NCBI GenBank assembly: GCA_051294375.1 | Contig: JBJCIZ010000337.1 | Span: 1 to 10,513, forward strand | Direction of reading: 5' to 3' | Length of the DNA: 10,513 nucleotides | DNA from: Paraspadella gotoi | Taxonomy: Eukaryota; Animalia; Chaetognatha | Shown here: one piece after another, positions 1 through 8,227 of the stretch | How positions within the stretch are numbered: the first letter of the stretch is position 1 | Layout of the letters: the number at the start of each line of letters is the position of its first letter | Made by a program: the position numbers and the translations under genes | Notes under the pieces: model-generated | Seen by the model: the letters and a program-made list of their open reading frames with translations, nothing else | Told to the model about the DNA's origin: nothing | Database searches by the model: none

Positions 1-526
1 CAAAGAGAGAGATACAACCAGCTTTTGCTCAAACTTGCCGCGCCAAATGCCTGAAGGCAAGGGAATTAATTCTTTCTTCTAAAGCCTTTCATCTGCGAAT
101 TTTGGTCGGAGAAACTTCGACGAGTTGACTACCTCGTTGCAGCAGGGCGAACATTTTGCGGCTTATTATACGGGCTGCTCTCTCTAGTTTGATTTTTGCA
201 CGTTCATCTGATGGCCATTTTGCGCTCTTGTTGTTTCTTCTGATCATTCTTTGGACAGTCTGCTGAATCTTCTTATTGTACACATTTTGAATTTGCCTGG
301 CCTCTCTCCTTTTTTCTCTTCCGGCGAACTTTCTGGTCACTCGAACACTTTGTCCGTCGGAAAGAAAAGAACGTCATCCTAGCTGGTTCATCTTCAAGAG
401 CTTCTTAACCTAGCCTAGCGATAAGTCATGGACATTTTGCGTGCCCATTCTTCTACTGTGCGTGCTGTCTCCTGTTTGAGCGCCACCGTCCGCGCTGAAT
501 CCTGCGACATGTTGGAGTTCATTTTC

Positions 527-599
527 TCCACGCTTCTGTTTGTGATGCGCAATTAGACCTCGCAGAGTGCTCTGCTCTGTTCTCCTTCAACCAGTTGCA
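527..599 (-). other. Degenerate C2H2 zinc-finger coding segment within the retroelement ORF
   Basis: TGC AAC TGG at 599-591, then ACT CTG CGA GGT CTA ATT GCG CAT CAC AAA CAG AAG CGT GGA = TLRGLIAHHKQKRG. The second Cys and second His are not intact as read. Confidence 0.5.
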
Positions 600-1444
600 A
601 GTCAGTAGCTTCGTGTTTTCTGCACTCTTTTTTCGCTACGACTAGTTCTTAAGGATCAGTACCCAGTAATTCTCGAGTCATTGACTTTAGTGTAGAAATC
701 TTCCTTGTGACCGCGACGCTCATTTCCTCCTTGCTTGTATTCGGCGCTTTTTCTTCTTCTCTCCAGTCTTTTAATTGTATTTTTTTCCATGGTGAACCTC
801 TGCTTTTTGTTTTTGTTTTCTCAGTTTGTTCGTTCTGTTTTTCCTAGCTCCACTTTCGGACAAGGGAGGTATGGTGAACATCCTGATTGATTTGCTGTTT
901 AATCCAGCTCTTCCACTTGATAAGATCTCGACTGATGCGTCGGCATCATTCGCCGCTTCAGCGGTCTTGGATCAGGCCGATCTTAACCCGCATAGTTTTT
1001 GCAATGTAATTAAACAGAGTGTCTCTGTTCTTCTTGGCTGTCAGGCTGCGAGTGACTCTGCAGATTCTGTAATCGTAAATAGACTGGTTGCTAAATCGAA
1101 GGTAGGATTTGCCTTTATGCGCCGCTTTTTGAAAACTTCACAACTGCTTCTATCCGAATCGTCATTGCTTCCCCAAATAATGCCTTTATGTAAAAAAACA
1201 TTTTAAAAACGAATGTCCTTGAGTATCTTCCTCCCTTTGTAACAATTTAATGATTTGTCCTAGTCTTTCAATATAATACTTTAAATGTTCGACGTCCTTC
1301 TACAGCGAAAGTCTTCCACCAGTGCCTGTTCGAACAGGATCTTTAGTGCTGATCTACCATCCTACGTCTATCTTCAGCGAATGGTTGTGGCTAAAAGGTT
1401 TTTCAATCATTTCCATAGTCTTGACCTTGTATATGTTTTCAAAT

Positions 1445-1710
1445 TCTCTTCGCCAATTTTCTTTTTCATTCTCCTTTCCCACTCTGTTGAAAAAATCTTC
1501 CATCTCTTTTCTTTTTGCATTTCGCTCTTTCTTTTTCGTTGTTCTCGCTATCTGTCATTGTCCTTATCCCATGTTCACTCTTGTTCAATTTCTTTTCTTC
1601 TCTGTCTCTTTCTTTTCTCTCGCTTCTCTTCACTTTCTCTTGTGCCTTTTGCTTTTCTTTCTTTCTTTCCAATCTGCTTCTTATTTTGTTAATTCCTGTT
1701 TCCTTCTCTT
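1445..1710. repeat. CT-rich low-complexity tract (K/E/R-rich on the minus strand)
   Basis: Polypyrimidine plus strand. Minus ORF 1466-1672 reads MERKKEKQKAQEKVKRSERKERDREEKK, probably a charged linker of the retroelement ORF. Confidence 0.7.
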
Positions 1711-2940
1711 GTAATAAGGCGATGGAACTCAGTCTCTAAAACAGCGATAGCATCAAAGGTGAGTAAAACTGAGGCAGAGCAGAAACAATGCTTCGTTCTT
1801 GCCTTTCAAAGAATGTTGGTATCGGGTATGTCTGACTTGTAAGTCCAATGGCTTTAGTAAAGGGTTCAATTGAAAATGTCACTCGAGATGATTTTATAGA
1901 ACCTCTAAATGACAAGCGGGCCTGCTTTGTTTTTTACTATTCTTTGAAAAAGCTGACAATTCCGCTTATTGTGAGGTCGGCCATCAATGGTGCTCATCCG
2001 AATGAACGTGTGCAACGGGGTTGAGTTCTTGAAAATAACGTGAGAAAAGCCTCTTTTCTACAAATCTATTTCAATTTTCATTGGCTGATGGTGCAGAGAG
2101 AGAGAAAGCGGTGGAGCGGCGGGAATATGAGCTTCTAAGCGCGGCTTTCAATTGGTAACTTGAATTCTTCAGTTGACGCCATTTTTTGTTGTTTGTTTCT
2201 ATTCTCTACTCACAGAACGTCTTGATTGATCAAACTGCGCGAAGAGAAGGCAGAGAGAGAGCAGAGAGAGACGCAGATGATCTTTTTCGCATTTTCTCCT
2301 AGAATCCGGTCGCAGGACGGCGATGACTGGGCAGCGAGGATTTCTCGAGAGGAGCACGGCAGACGCGCTTTCGATCTCGGCTTATTCTTCGTTTTGGGAG
2401 GGAATGCTGGGGTCACGTGACGACGTAGTTACAAGAGCACGCCAGGAAGCCGGAGCAGCAGTGGGAGACTATCCTAGAATTGTTTTTTTGCTTGGAAAGA
2501 TTAGGGAAATAACGTCAACGTATTTTCATTTGTGCTTTACGACACAATAATCTTTTCTTTTTTTTTTTTCTGAAGTGAGAGCGATTTTTAGTTGATTCCG
2601 TTGTTTTTTTTTTTCGTACTCAGCTCGTTAGCTTACGCACCTCGATCTTAGCAAAAAACAGTGTTTTTAATTTTTAAAGTTACAAGACGTTTTACTCTTC
2701 AAATAATCAAGAGGGCGCCGTTGAAACGGAAAAAAACTTGTCTTAGTTCTCTTATTGTTTTTTTTTATCTTTTTTTAAGTCGGATCTGCCTTATCAGCAG
2801 CATCGCCCGACTCTAATAACTCACTTTTTATAACTTCCACTTTTTCGGTCCGGTCGGTCCCGCCCCCTCAATATTGTCGGCACACAACTTATATCCATGT
2901 CAGAACAACGAATTATGATAAATTTAATGCAAAAAATGAT

Positions 2941-3001
2941 GTCGCGTCGCCGATCCGTTTCCGTCCGTCCGTCCGTTCCGTCCGTTCCGTGCCGTCCGTC
3001 C
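2941..3001 (+). repeat. (CCGT)n microsatellite of HINE copy 1
   Basis: ccgtccgtccgtccgttccgtccgttccgtgccgtccgtc, the DINE-1-type GTCY repeat. Confidence 0.9.
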
Positions 3002-3019
3002 CAGCCTTAGCAAAAAACA

Positions 3020-3990
3020 CCAAATACTCGTGATTGATTGATGGATTTAATGGAAATTTTGTGTGTGGATAGGTAGACGGCTTGTGATTGAGCATGGATA
3101 TTAAGGCTTTCGATGGAAATCGTCCGAGTGGCAAATTGAGTTACAATGGAAAAAACAAAAAAAATATATTCAACTATTATGAACACCAATTGCTGCATCG
3201 AGTGGATGGGATGATTGACCTGGAACTTTTGTTGTGGGTAGGAAAGTGTGTGATTGGAAACAGGAAATCCAAGTTTTCGACTGGCAATAGATTTGACGTG
3301 GAAATGCAGTTTAAATGGACAAAAAAACAAAAACAAAACCTGTTTTACTAATTGATATGCTTCTGTTTTCCTTTTATATTAAGATGTGATCTGCAGGATG
3401 TATTAATAAATTTTCAACACTAATTAATTGCAGTTAATTAATCAATTAGTAAATGATAATAAGTTAATCAAGTAATTAATTAAGTTAGTCAAGTCAATCC
3501 CGTCCATCCGTCCATCTTAGCAAAAACGCTTCCCAATAACTCGTGATTGGCTGGTTGGATTGGAATTAAATTTTTGTGTGTGGGTAGGAAAGTGTGTGAT
3601 ACCAAGCTGGATATAAAATTTCGATGGAATCGTGTGAGTGGAAATTATTTAAATGGAAAAAACAATAAGTCGAATTTACTAAAATCTTTTTACTTTATTT
3701 TAACCAACTTAAATACTCGCCATTAATCATAATTGGATGGATAGATTGAGCTTTGAAATTTTGTGTGTGGGTAAGGAAAACGTAATGACGAAGCTTGATA
3801 ATAAAGTTTCAGTGGAAACGTACGCAGTGGAAATGAGTTTTAAATGACAAAAATATGCAGTCACATTTACTTGAATCTTTTATTTATTTTAAACCCATGA
3901 TAGATTGAGATGAAATTTTGTGAGAAGGTAAGGACAAGTGAGTGAAGAAGCTAGATATAAAGTTTTGACGGAATGCAAAGTTGAAAAAAT
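3020..3990 (+). repeat. About five degenerate 150-190 bp internal repeat units of the HINE
   Basis: Motif GAAATTTTGTGTGTGGGTAGG...AAAGTTTCGATGGAATCG...GTGGAAAT...TTTAAATGGAAAAAA recurs, with variation, at ~3053, 3223, 3567, 3755 and 3912, and at 10289 and (partly) 10440 in copy 2. Confidence 0.85.
3401..3490. repeat. (TAAT)n / TTAA low-complexity tract
   Basis: taattaattg...ttaattaatc...gtaattaattaag. Confidence 0.7.
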
Positions 3991-4415
3991 TATGACAAGT
4001 TGAAAAACACTGAATCGCAAGTTTAAAAAAATCTTAAAAGCATAAGGATCGTCGCTTATTGCACTAAAAAGAGAGAGAGAGAGAGAGAGAAAGAGAGAGC
4101 TGAGAGAGGAGATGAGAGATGAGAGAGAAGAGGAGAGAGTGTTTGAGAGCAGAGAGAGAGAGAAAGGGAGACATAAAATAAAAAGTCTTAAAAAGGACTC
4201 ACAAGATCGAGACCAGAGCCCCACTATCCATGAGATAAATTAATGAAAAAAACCGGGAAGAAAACGAAAATGAATCATCGCGATAACGCATTGTTTGATG
4301 TAACTAGTATTGATTGAGGTAATACTAATTGATTGATGTATCAGTAAATTCTTTTTTTTTTCATTTCATTGATGTAATAGGAATTGATTATTGATTCGAT
4401 GAATAATCAAATTAT

Positions 4416-4535
4416 TGATCGCGACTGATCACGTTCATTCACTGCTGTGGATGATAGTCATTCAAGTGATCGCGATTGGCATTGTCATTCATTGATGCGA
4501 CTGATTGTCATTCATAGTCTGATGCGATATAGTCA
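4416..4535 (+). repeat. Minisatellite, ~5 degenerate copies of a ~24-27 bp unit
   Basis: Units start at 4416, 4443, 4467, 4493 and 4520; approximate consensus TGATGCGACTGATTGTCATTCAT. Confidence 0.75.
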
Positions 4536-5001
4536 AGTAAACACAAACCAAATGCGTGGTATGAGTGAAAGAGAGAGAGGAGAGAGCAAGAGAGAGAGAG
4601 AAAGAAAGAGAAGAGAAAGAGAGAGAGAGAGAGCAGAGAGAGAGAAAGATAAGAAAGACAGAAATAAATCCACGAAAATTCTCGCGATGAAAATATGGGA
4701 TTTTGGCTATGAAAAAAAGCGCGGATAAATGGCAATAATAGAGAGTTTTTTAGAAGAAAAAATTAATCAGAAATTTTTCAAAAACAAACGATCACGGCAC
4801 AAAAGATCGGACAGAATAGGGACAGCCACACACCAAGAGAGACAGAGACGACAGAGAGAGAGAGAGAAAAAGAAGGAGAGAGACAGCCGCTCAGGAGAGA
4901 ACAAAGTAAAAGCAGCGATTACTAATAATGTAAAAAGAGAAGAGAGAGAGAGAGCTCTAAAACAGCCCCTTTACTGCGTTAAAGAATCAGCAGATACTTA
5001 T

Positions 5002-5070
5002 GGCGCCGCACGTAGCGTGAGCTATTCTCTACCCAAAGGACCCGGGTTCGCAGCCCTGTTTCGCGGCACC
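5002..5070 (+). pseudogene. tRNA-derived sequence (SINE-head-like or tRNA pseudogene)
   Basis: GGCGCCGC (5002-5009) pairs with GCGGCACC (5063-5070) with one mismatch. A-box-like TAGCGTGAGC, B-box-like GGTTCGCAGCCC (5045-5056) and a T6 run at 5077-5082. No clean anticodon arm. Confidence 0.55.
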
Positions 5071-5476
5071 GCTCCGTTTTTTCACATTAGTGATACCCAC
5101 ATTATATCTGAAAAAATTTTTGTAAAAAAAAAAAGAAGAGACGAGAGAGAAAGAAGAGAGGAGAGAGAGAGAGAGAAAAGAAGCTGGACCACGACGCTGC
5201 ACGAGCCGGAACTCGTTTTTAAGAAGAGCCAGTGACGGAGAAAAAGACAGAGAAGAGAGAGAGAAGCGACATATAATTAAAACGTTTTTTGTTTTGTAAA
5301 TAATAAACATAAACAAATACCCCAATATTAGATATGAAACATGAGAATTTAAGATCTTGATGATTAGAAGCCCATATATGAAAATTCAGCTCCCTATGAT
5401 ATATCACACTTTCCAGAAGCCATGATTGCAAAAAAAAAGCGGAGACCAGAAAGCTAAAACCGAAAAAAAATCTAGA

Positions 5477-5510
5477 CAGGACGGGCTTTGCCGCCTGGCT
5501 CGATAACTAG
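5477..5510 (+). mobile_element. Canonical Helitron-type 3' terminus
   Basis: Imperfect GC hairpin CAGGACGGGC-TTT-GCCGCCTG (5477-5497), 9 nt, then CTAG (5507-5510). The next base is A rather than the canonical T. Confidence 0.55.
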
Positions 5511-5610
5511 AGGATAATTATGTTTGTTTTGATAAAAATGTTAAACAAAAACATTTAATTAACTGTCCTGACTCAATCTTTAAAGAACATTCGATGATCG
5601 ACAAGGCTGA

Positions 5611-5710
5611 ATATAATTTAATAATTTATATCATTAATAAATTAATTAATTAACCTATTAATTAATTAATGCTATTAATTAATTAATTAAGTCAATTAAT
5701 TAATTAATTA
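5611..5710. repeat. (TAAT)n tract just before the HINE 3' end
   Basis: attaattaattaacctattaattaattaatgctattaattaattaattaagtcaattaattaattaatta. Confidence 0.85.
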
Positions 5711-5720
5711 TCAGTGTTAG

Positions 5721-5760
5721 GCAGATCCGACGGAACATTGTTTGCTCAAACTTTTGTATT
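5721..5760 (+). mobile_element. HINE 3' terminus (subterminal IR plus short hairpin)
   Basis: GCAGATCCGAC is the exact reverse complement of 5' GTCGGATCTGC. It is followed by GTTTG-CT-CAAAC and a T-rich tail. Confidence 0.7.
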
Positions 5761-5811
5761 ATTTTTTGAATAAGTTTTATTTGGATTGAAAGGAATTTCG
5801 TACGGGAAGTT

Positions 5812-5873
5812 GACGTAATTTTTTCGAGTAGGGATTAGCGTAGTTTTCGAAGTATAGATAGCGTAGTTTTCAA
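5812..5873 (+). repeat. Short tandem repeat, ~3 x 23 bp
   Basis: TAGCGTAGTTTTC occurs twice, 23 bp apart (5836, 5859), preceded by the degenerate GACGTAATTTTTTCGA. Confidence 0.65.
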
Positions 5874-6148
5874 TTAAGTCTCTTCGGAGGAGTGGGGAGT
5901 CGAACTCATCGAACGATGCAACACGTTTGACGTTTTAGTCAATTAACGAGGGTAAATAATAAGTGGCAAAGTATTTGAGTTGACAATATTTTATTTATGA
6001 CGGACAATGATCTAGGTGTGATGACATACGGTAACAGATACACGATGACAAAGGTTAAGACAAAGGTGATGACAATATAAACAGTTCATAATTATTTGAA
6101 GAGTGTTCTTTCTTTAGTTTGGTGTAGAGAATGAAGCCTCAGAGTTCT

Positions 6149-6364
6149 CTTAGCAAATTTTGACCCATCAATCCGCTCCGTCGGTTCCTCTGTCGGTCAT
6201 TGGTCAATCTAAGGGTTCAAGTAAGGTCTGTGATTCGTCCGGCATTCTGATGATCCGTGAAGCGAGAGACGAGCAATCAGCGATCACTAGGCACCCAAGT
6301 CCGTTTATAGGTCCATACCTCCGATTGATGCAGATCCGACATGCTTTGCTCTTACTTGTTTTTT
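6149..6364 (+). mobile_element. Second HINE-family 3' fragment
   Basis: CTTAGCAAA motif, a degenerate CCGTC/GGTC tract, then GCAGATCCGAC (6330-6340) and ATGCTTTGCTCTTACTTGTTTTTT. The tail resembles 5721-5760 and the typical CTTGTT Helentron end. Confidence 0.6.
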
Positions 6365-7106
6365 AAAGCATCGGGCCTACTTGTGTGTCACCCTTGTAGG
6401 GTTAAAAGTACTAGGGTTAGGTTTTAGCCTTGCATGAAATAAAAGGTCTAGGGTTACGAGCTAAAAAAATGCCTGTTGAATGATGTAAGATTGTAAATTA
6501 AGACATAAATTAATTAAGGAGTTGGGGCGTTTTTAATTGGGTTCAGTTCAGAGTGAATGGGAAGGCTTATTATATCATCAAACGGAAGGACCTTATAATA
6601 CCATTCTTCTGGCCAGTTCCCTTTTCAAACCCTGAACTTGAACAATGCTTTTTTTGTCTATCAATTAGTCCGACCTCGTAATATAAAAGATTGACAGGAT
6701 ACCAGAGTATGGTTATTCCCTTTCAGGCCATAATAATATACTATGAAAGAAGTAAACTAATATGAATAACTTTAATAGTATACTTTTTGGATTCATTAAT
6801 TTAAAAGAGTTAAATAAAAAGTATTATATTAAACTTTAAATTTTTGTATCTTTTAAATGGAGATAAATGTCTTCAAAGCATATTCAGGAATAAATTTTAC
6901 TTGCATAAAAAATGAAAGTATTTATGATAAATTTAATAGATTAAAAATAAAGAATTTATTATATTTAATTTACTTAATCTTTTGTATACATAAATATATG
7001 ATATTATAATAACTATAAAAAATGCAGTATTAAATTTTTTTACAAATTTAAATAATTGAGGCAAAATGGTTTTGGTTCACAACGAATTTCTTATTTTTCA
7101 ATAGAA

Positions 7107-7154
7107 AACGTACATGTTTCGGCTTTTGATGCCAAGCTCTTCTTCTTCAGCGTC
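7107..7154 (-). ncRNA. Minimal type I hammerhead ribozyme motif, Penelope-like element type, possibly degenerate
   Basis: Minus strand GACG-CTGAAGA-(AGAAGA)-GCTT-GGCATCAA-AAGC-C-GAAA-CATG-TA-CGTT. It has the CUGANGA and GAAA cores, stem II GCTT/AAGC, a palindromic ACATGT stem III, a GUA site and stem I GACG/CGTT. Confidence 0.65.
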
Positions 7155-7199
7155 AAATGATTTGGTAAATTTGGACCAGTTTTTTGTGTGAAAGAAGGC

Positions 7200-7226
7200 G
7201 AGAGAGAGAGAGAGAGAGAGAGAGAG
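7200..7226. repeat. (GA)n microsatellite
   Basis: Perfect GA run of about 13 units; a second GA run lies at ~7364-7389. Confidence 0.95.
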
Positions 7227-7571
7227 GGCAAAGTTTTCCACACAGGCAATTGAAGAAAAAGAATAGTAGGCTCAAGTGGTGAGGACAGGTTAAGAATGAG
7301 GACAGATAGAGTTTTAGTTTTGAAATAAAAATGAAATGGTCCAGAGTGAGAGAATGTGAGAGCAGAGAGAGAGAGAGAGAGAGGGAGAGACCAGGGAGAG
7401 ACGAAATAATAATACAATATTCAAATGTCACAAATAAAGTTTTAAAACCTAAATACAGGCTATTAAAATTAACTATTTAATAAATAAATAAGTTTAAGGT
7501 TAAAAATGAAATGTGAAGCGAGAAGATACAATTTAAGTGTAAAGAATTGTTAATAAAGTTAGAAAATTAAG

Positions 7572-8010
7572 TGAGCTGGCCCCCTTGGTTTGGACAAATG
7601 AGAGGCTCGGGCCGATTGGGTCTGGGTCATTGGCGTGTCATTGGTTGAGAGGACAATTGAACCGAAACATGTTATTGTCGGGCTACGGAAAGGCTTCATT
7701 GCGGAAACATTCCAAGTGCTACTCGAATGTCTCTTTTGGCCTATAACGCCTGCCACTGCCCTTTTCTGCGCCCTGTCTGACGAGTTGGGGGCCGGTTTGT
7801 CAGTTCTTGCCGCTTTCTGCGACAGGGAAGTGATGGACTCCTCCCCCTCCTCCTGGAGCCGTCGTTTCTGGTCGAACGCTCGCTCACCCCAGCAGAGAGG
7901 AATTGAGTTGCTACAAGTCGACGGGCAGAAGGCCAATCGCCCTGCCCATTGCTCGCGTCACAGGGTCTCCGCCCTGTCACCGTTGAGTTAACGCGACAGC
8001 GGGAATCCAC
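7572..8010. other. GC-rich island of unknown origin, probably a transposon fragment
   Basis: Abrupt switch from very AT-rich flanks to GC-rich sequence, with open frames on both strands lacking recognisable motifs and stacked hairpins at 7923-8003. Confidence 0.45.
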
Positions 8011-8047
8011 TAATTTAAAATACATTTATAATCTATTTTATTTTTAT

Positions 8048-8196
8048 GGAGCTGGAGCCGGGCAATTCAAAAATTTATTTCGGCTCCGGCTCCAGCTCCG
8101 GCTCCGGTCAGATAAAAATTCTGGCTCCGGCTCCAGCTCCGGCAAAAAAAGCTCGGCTCCGGCGGCTCCAGCTCCGGCTCCGGCTCCACATCCATG
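8048..8196 (+). mobile_element. GGCTCC-repeat right end of a non-autonomous, probably hAT-like DNA transposon
   Basis: Three blocks of (C/G)GCTCC hexamers, an inverted GGAGCTGGAGCCG at 8048-8060, and the end CGGCTCCACATCCATG (reverse complement CATGGATGTGGAGCCG). No left end is seen. Confidence 0.6.
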
Positions 8197-8227
8197 AATA
8201 ATTTGAGACACAATGAATTATGATGTG

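Larger units (their letters stand above)
1..2182 (-). mobile_element. Frameshifted N-terminal part of an R2-group (NeSL/Utopia-like) non-LTR retrotransposon ORF; RT domain expected beyond the left edge
   Basis: Minus-strand ATG in a strong context (AAAAATGGCG, MASTEEFKLPIE) at 2182. C2H2-like fragments follow: RCTRSF..TIDG.LTI (~1968-2016), TRSLTAKKNR (~1024-1053) and CNW..TLRGLIAHHKQKRG (527-599), plus a YPIP motif near 1818-1829. ORF 89-340 contains EARQIQNVYNKKIQQTVQRMI, which resembles the 'A..IQ.LY..N...(C/A)...I' segment preceding RT in R2/NeSL/Utopia proteins. The frame is broken many times. Confidence 0.55.
4070..5265. repeat. Cluster of imperfect (GA)n microsatellites
   Basis: GA tracts at ~4070-4170, 4570-4660, 4837-4955, 5134-5176 and 5238-5264. 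Confidence 0.85.
2778..5760 (+). mobile_element. Non-autonomous Helentron/DINE-1-like (HINE) element, copy 1, composite
   Basis: T-run, then a 5' hairpin AGTCGGATCTGC...GCAG(C)ATC(GC)CCGACT (2778-2812), a core, a CCGT microsatellite and internal tandem units. The matching subterminal inverted repeat GCAGATCCGAC lies at 5721-5731. 2778-3235 aligns by eye with 10025-10460. Joining these two ends into one element is inferred. Confidence 0.7.

Noticed and set aside
24-36. TTTGCTCAAACTT identical to 5741-5753
   Set aside because: An isolated 13-mer with no flanking similarity; not placed as a TSD.
826-1739. Plus-strand ORFs 826-1206, 1285-1692, 1322-1714 and 1515-1739
   Set aside because: F/S/L-rich antisense shadows of the purine-rich minus-strand ORF; no domain motifs.
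3007-3351. ORFs 3007-3336 (-) and 3088-3351 (+)
   Set aside because: They lie within non-coding HINE repeat units whose copies differ by many indels.
3020-4535. CRISPR-like interpretation of the periodic repeats
   Set aside because: Units are degenerate tandem copies without unique spacers, there are no cas genes, and the context is eukaryotic.
3889-5431. ER-rich and SL-rich ORFs, including the 168-aa 4729-5235
   Set aside because: Kept open by GA microsatellites; no recognisable protein features.
6233-6280. Possible type III hammerhead (GTC...CTGATGA...GAGAC)
   Set aside because: The GAAA core reads GAGA and stem I cannot form.
6397-6456. TAGGGTTA three times, telomere-like
   Set aside because: Too short and not tandem; insufficient for an interstitial telomere call.
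7091-7431. Minus-strand ORFs 7091-7417 and 7153-7431
   Set aside because: Translations of CT microsatellites.
7644-7673. CCGAAACATGT shared with the hammerhead at 7107-7154
   Set aside because: No CUGANGA core or adequate stems upstream.
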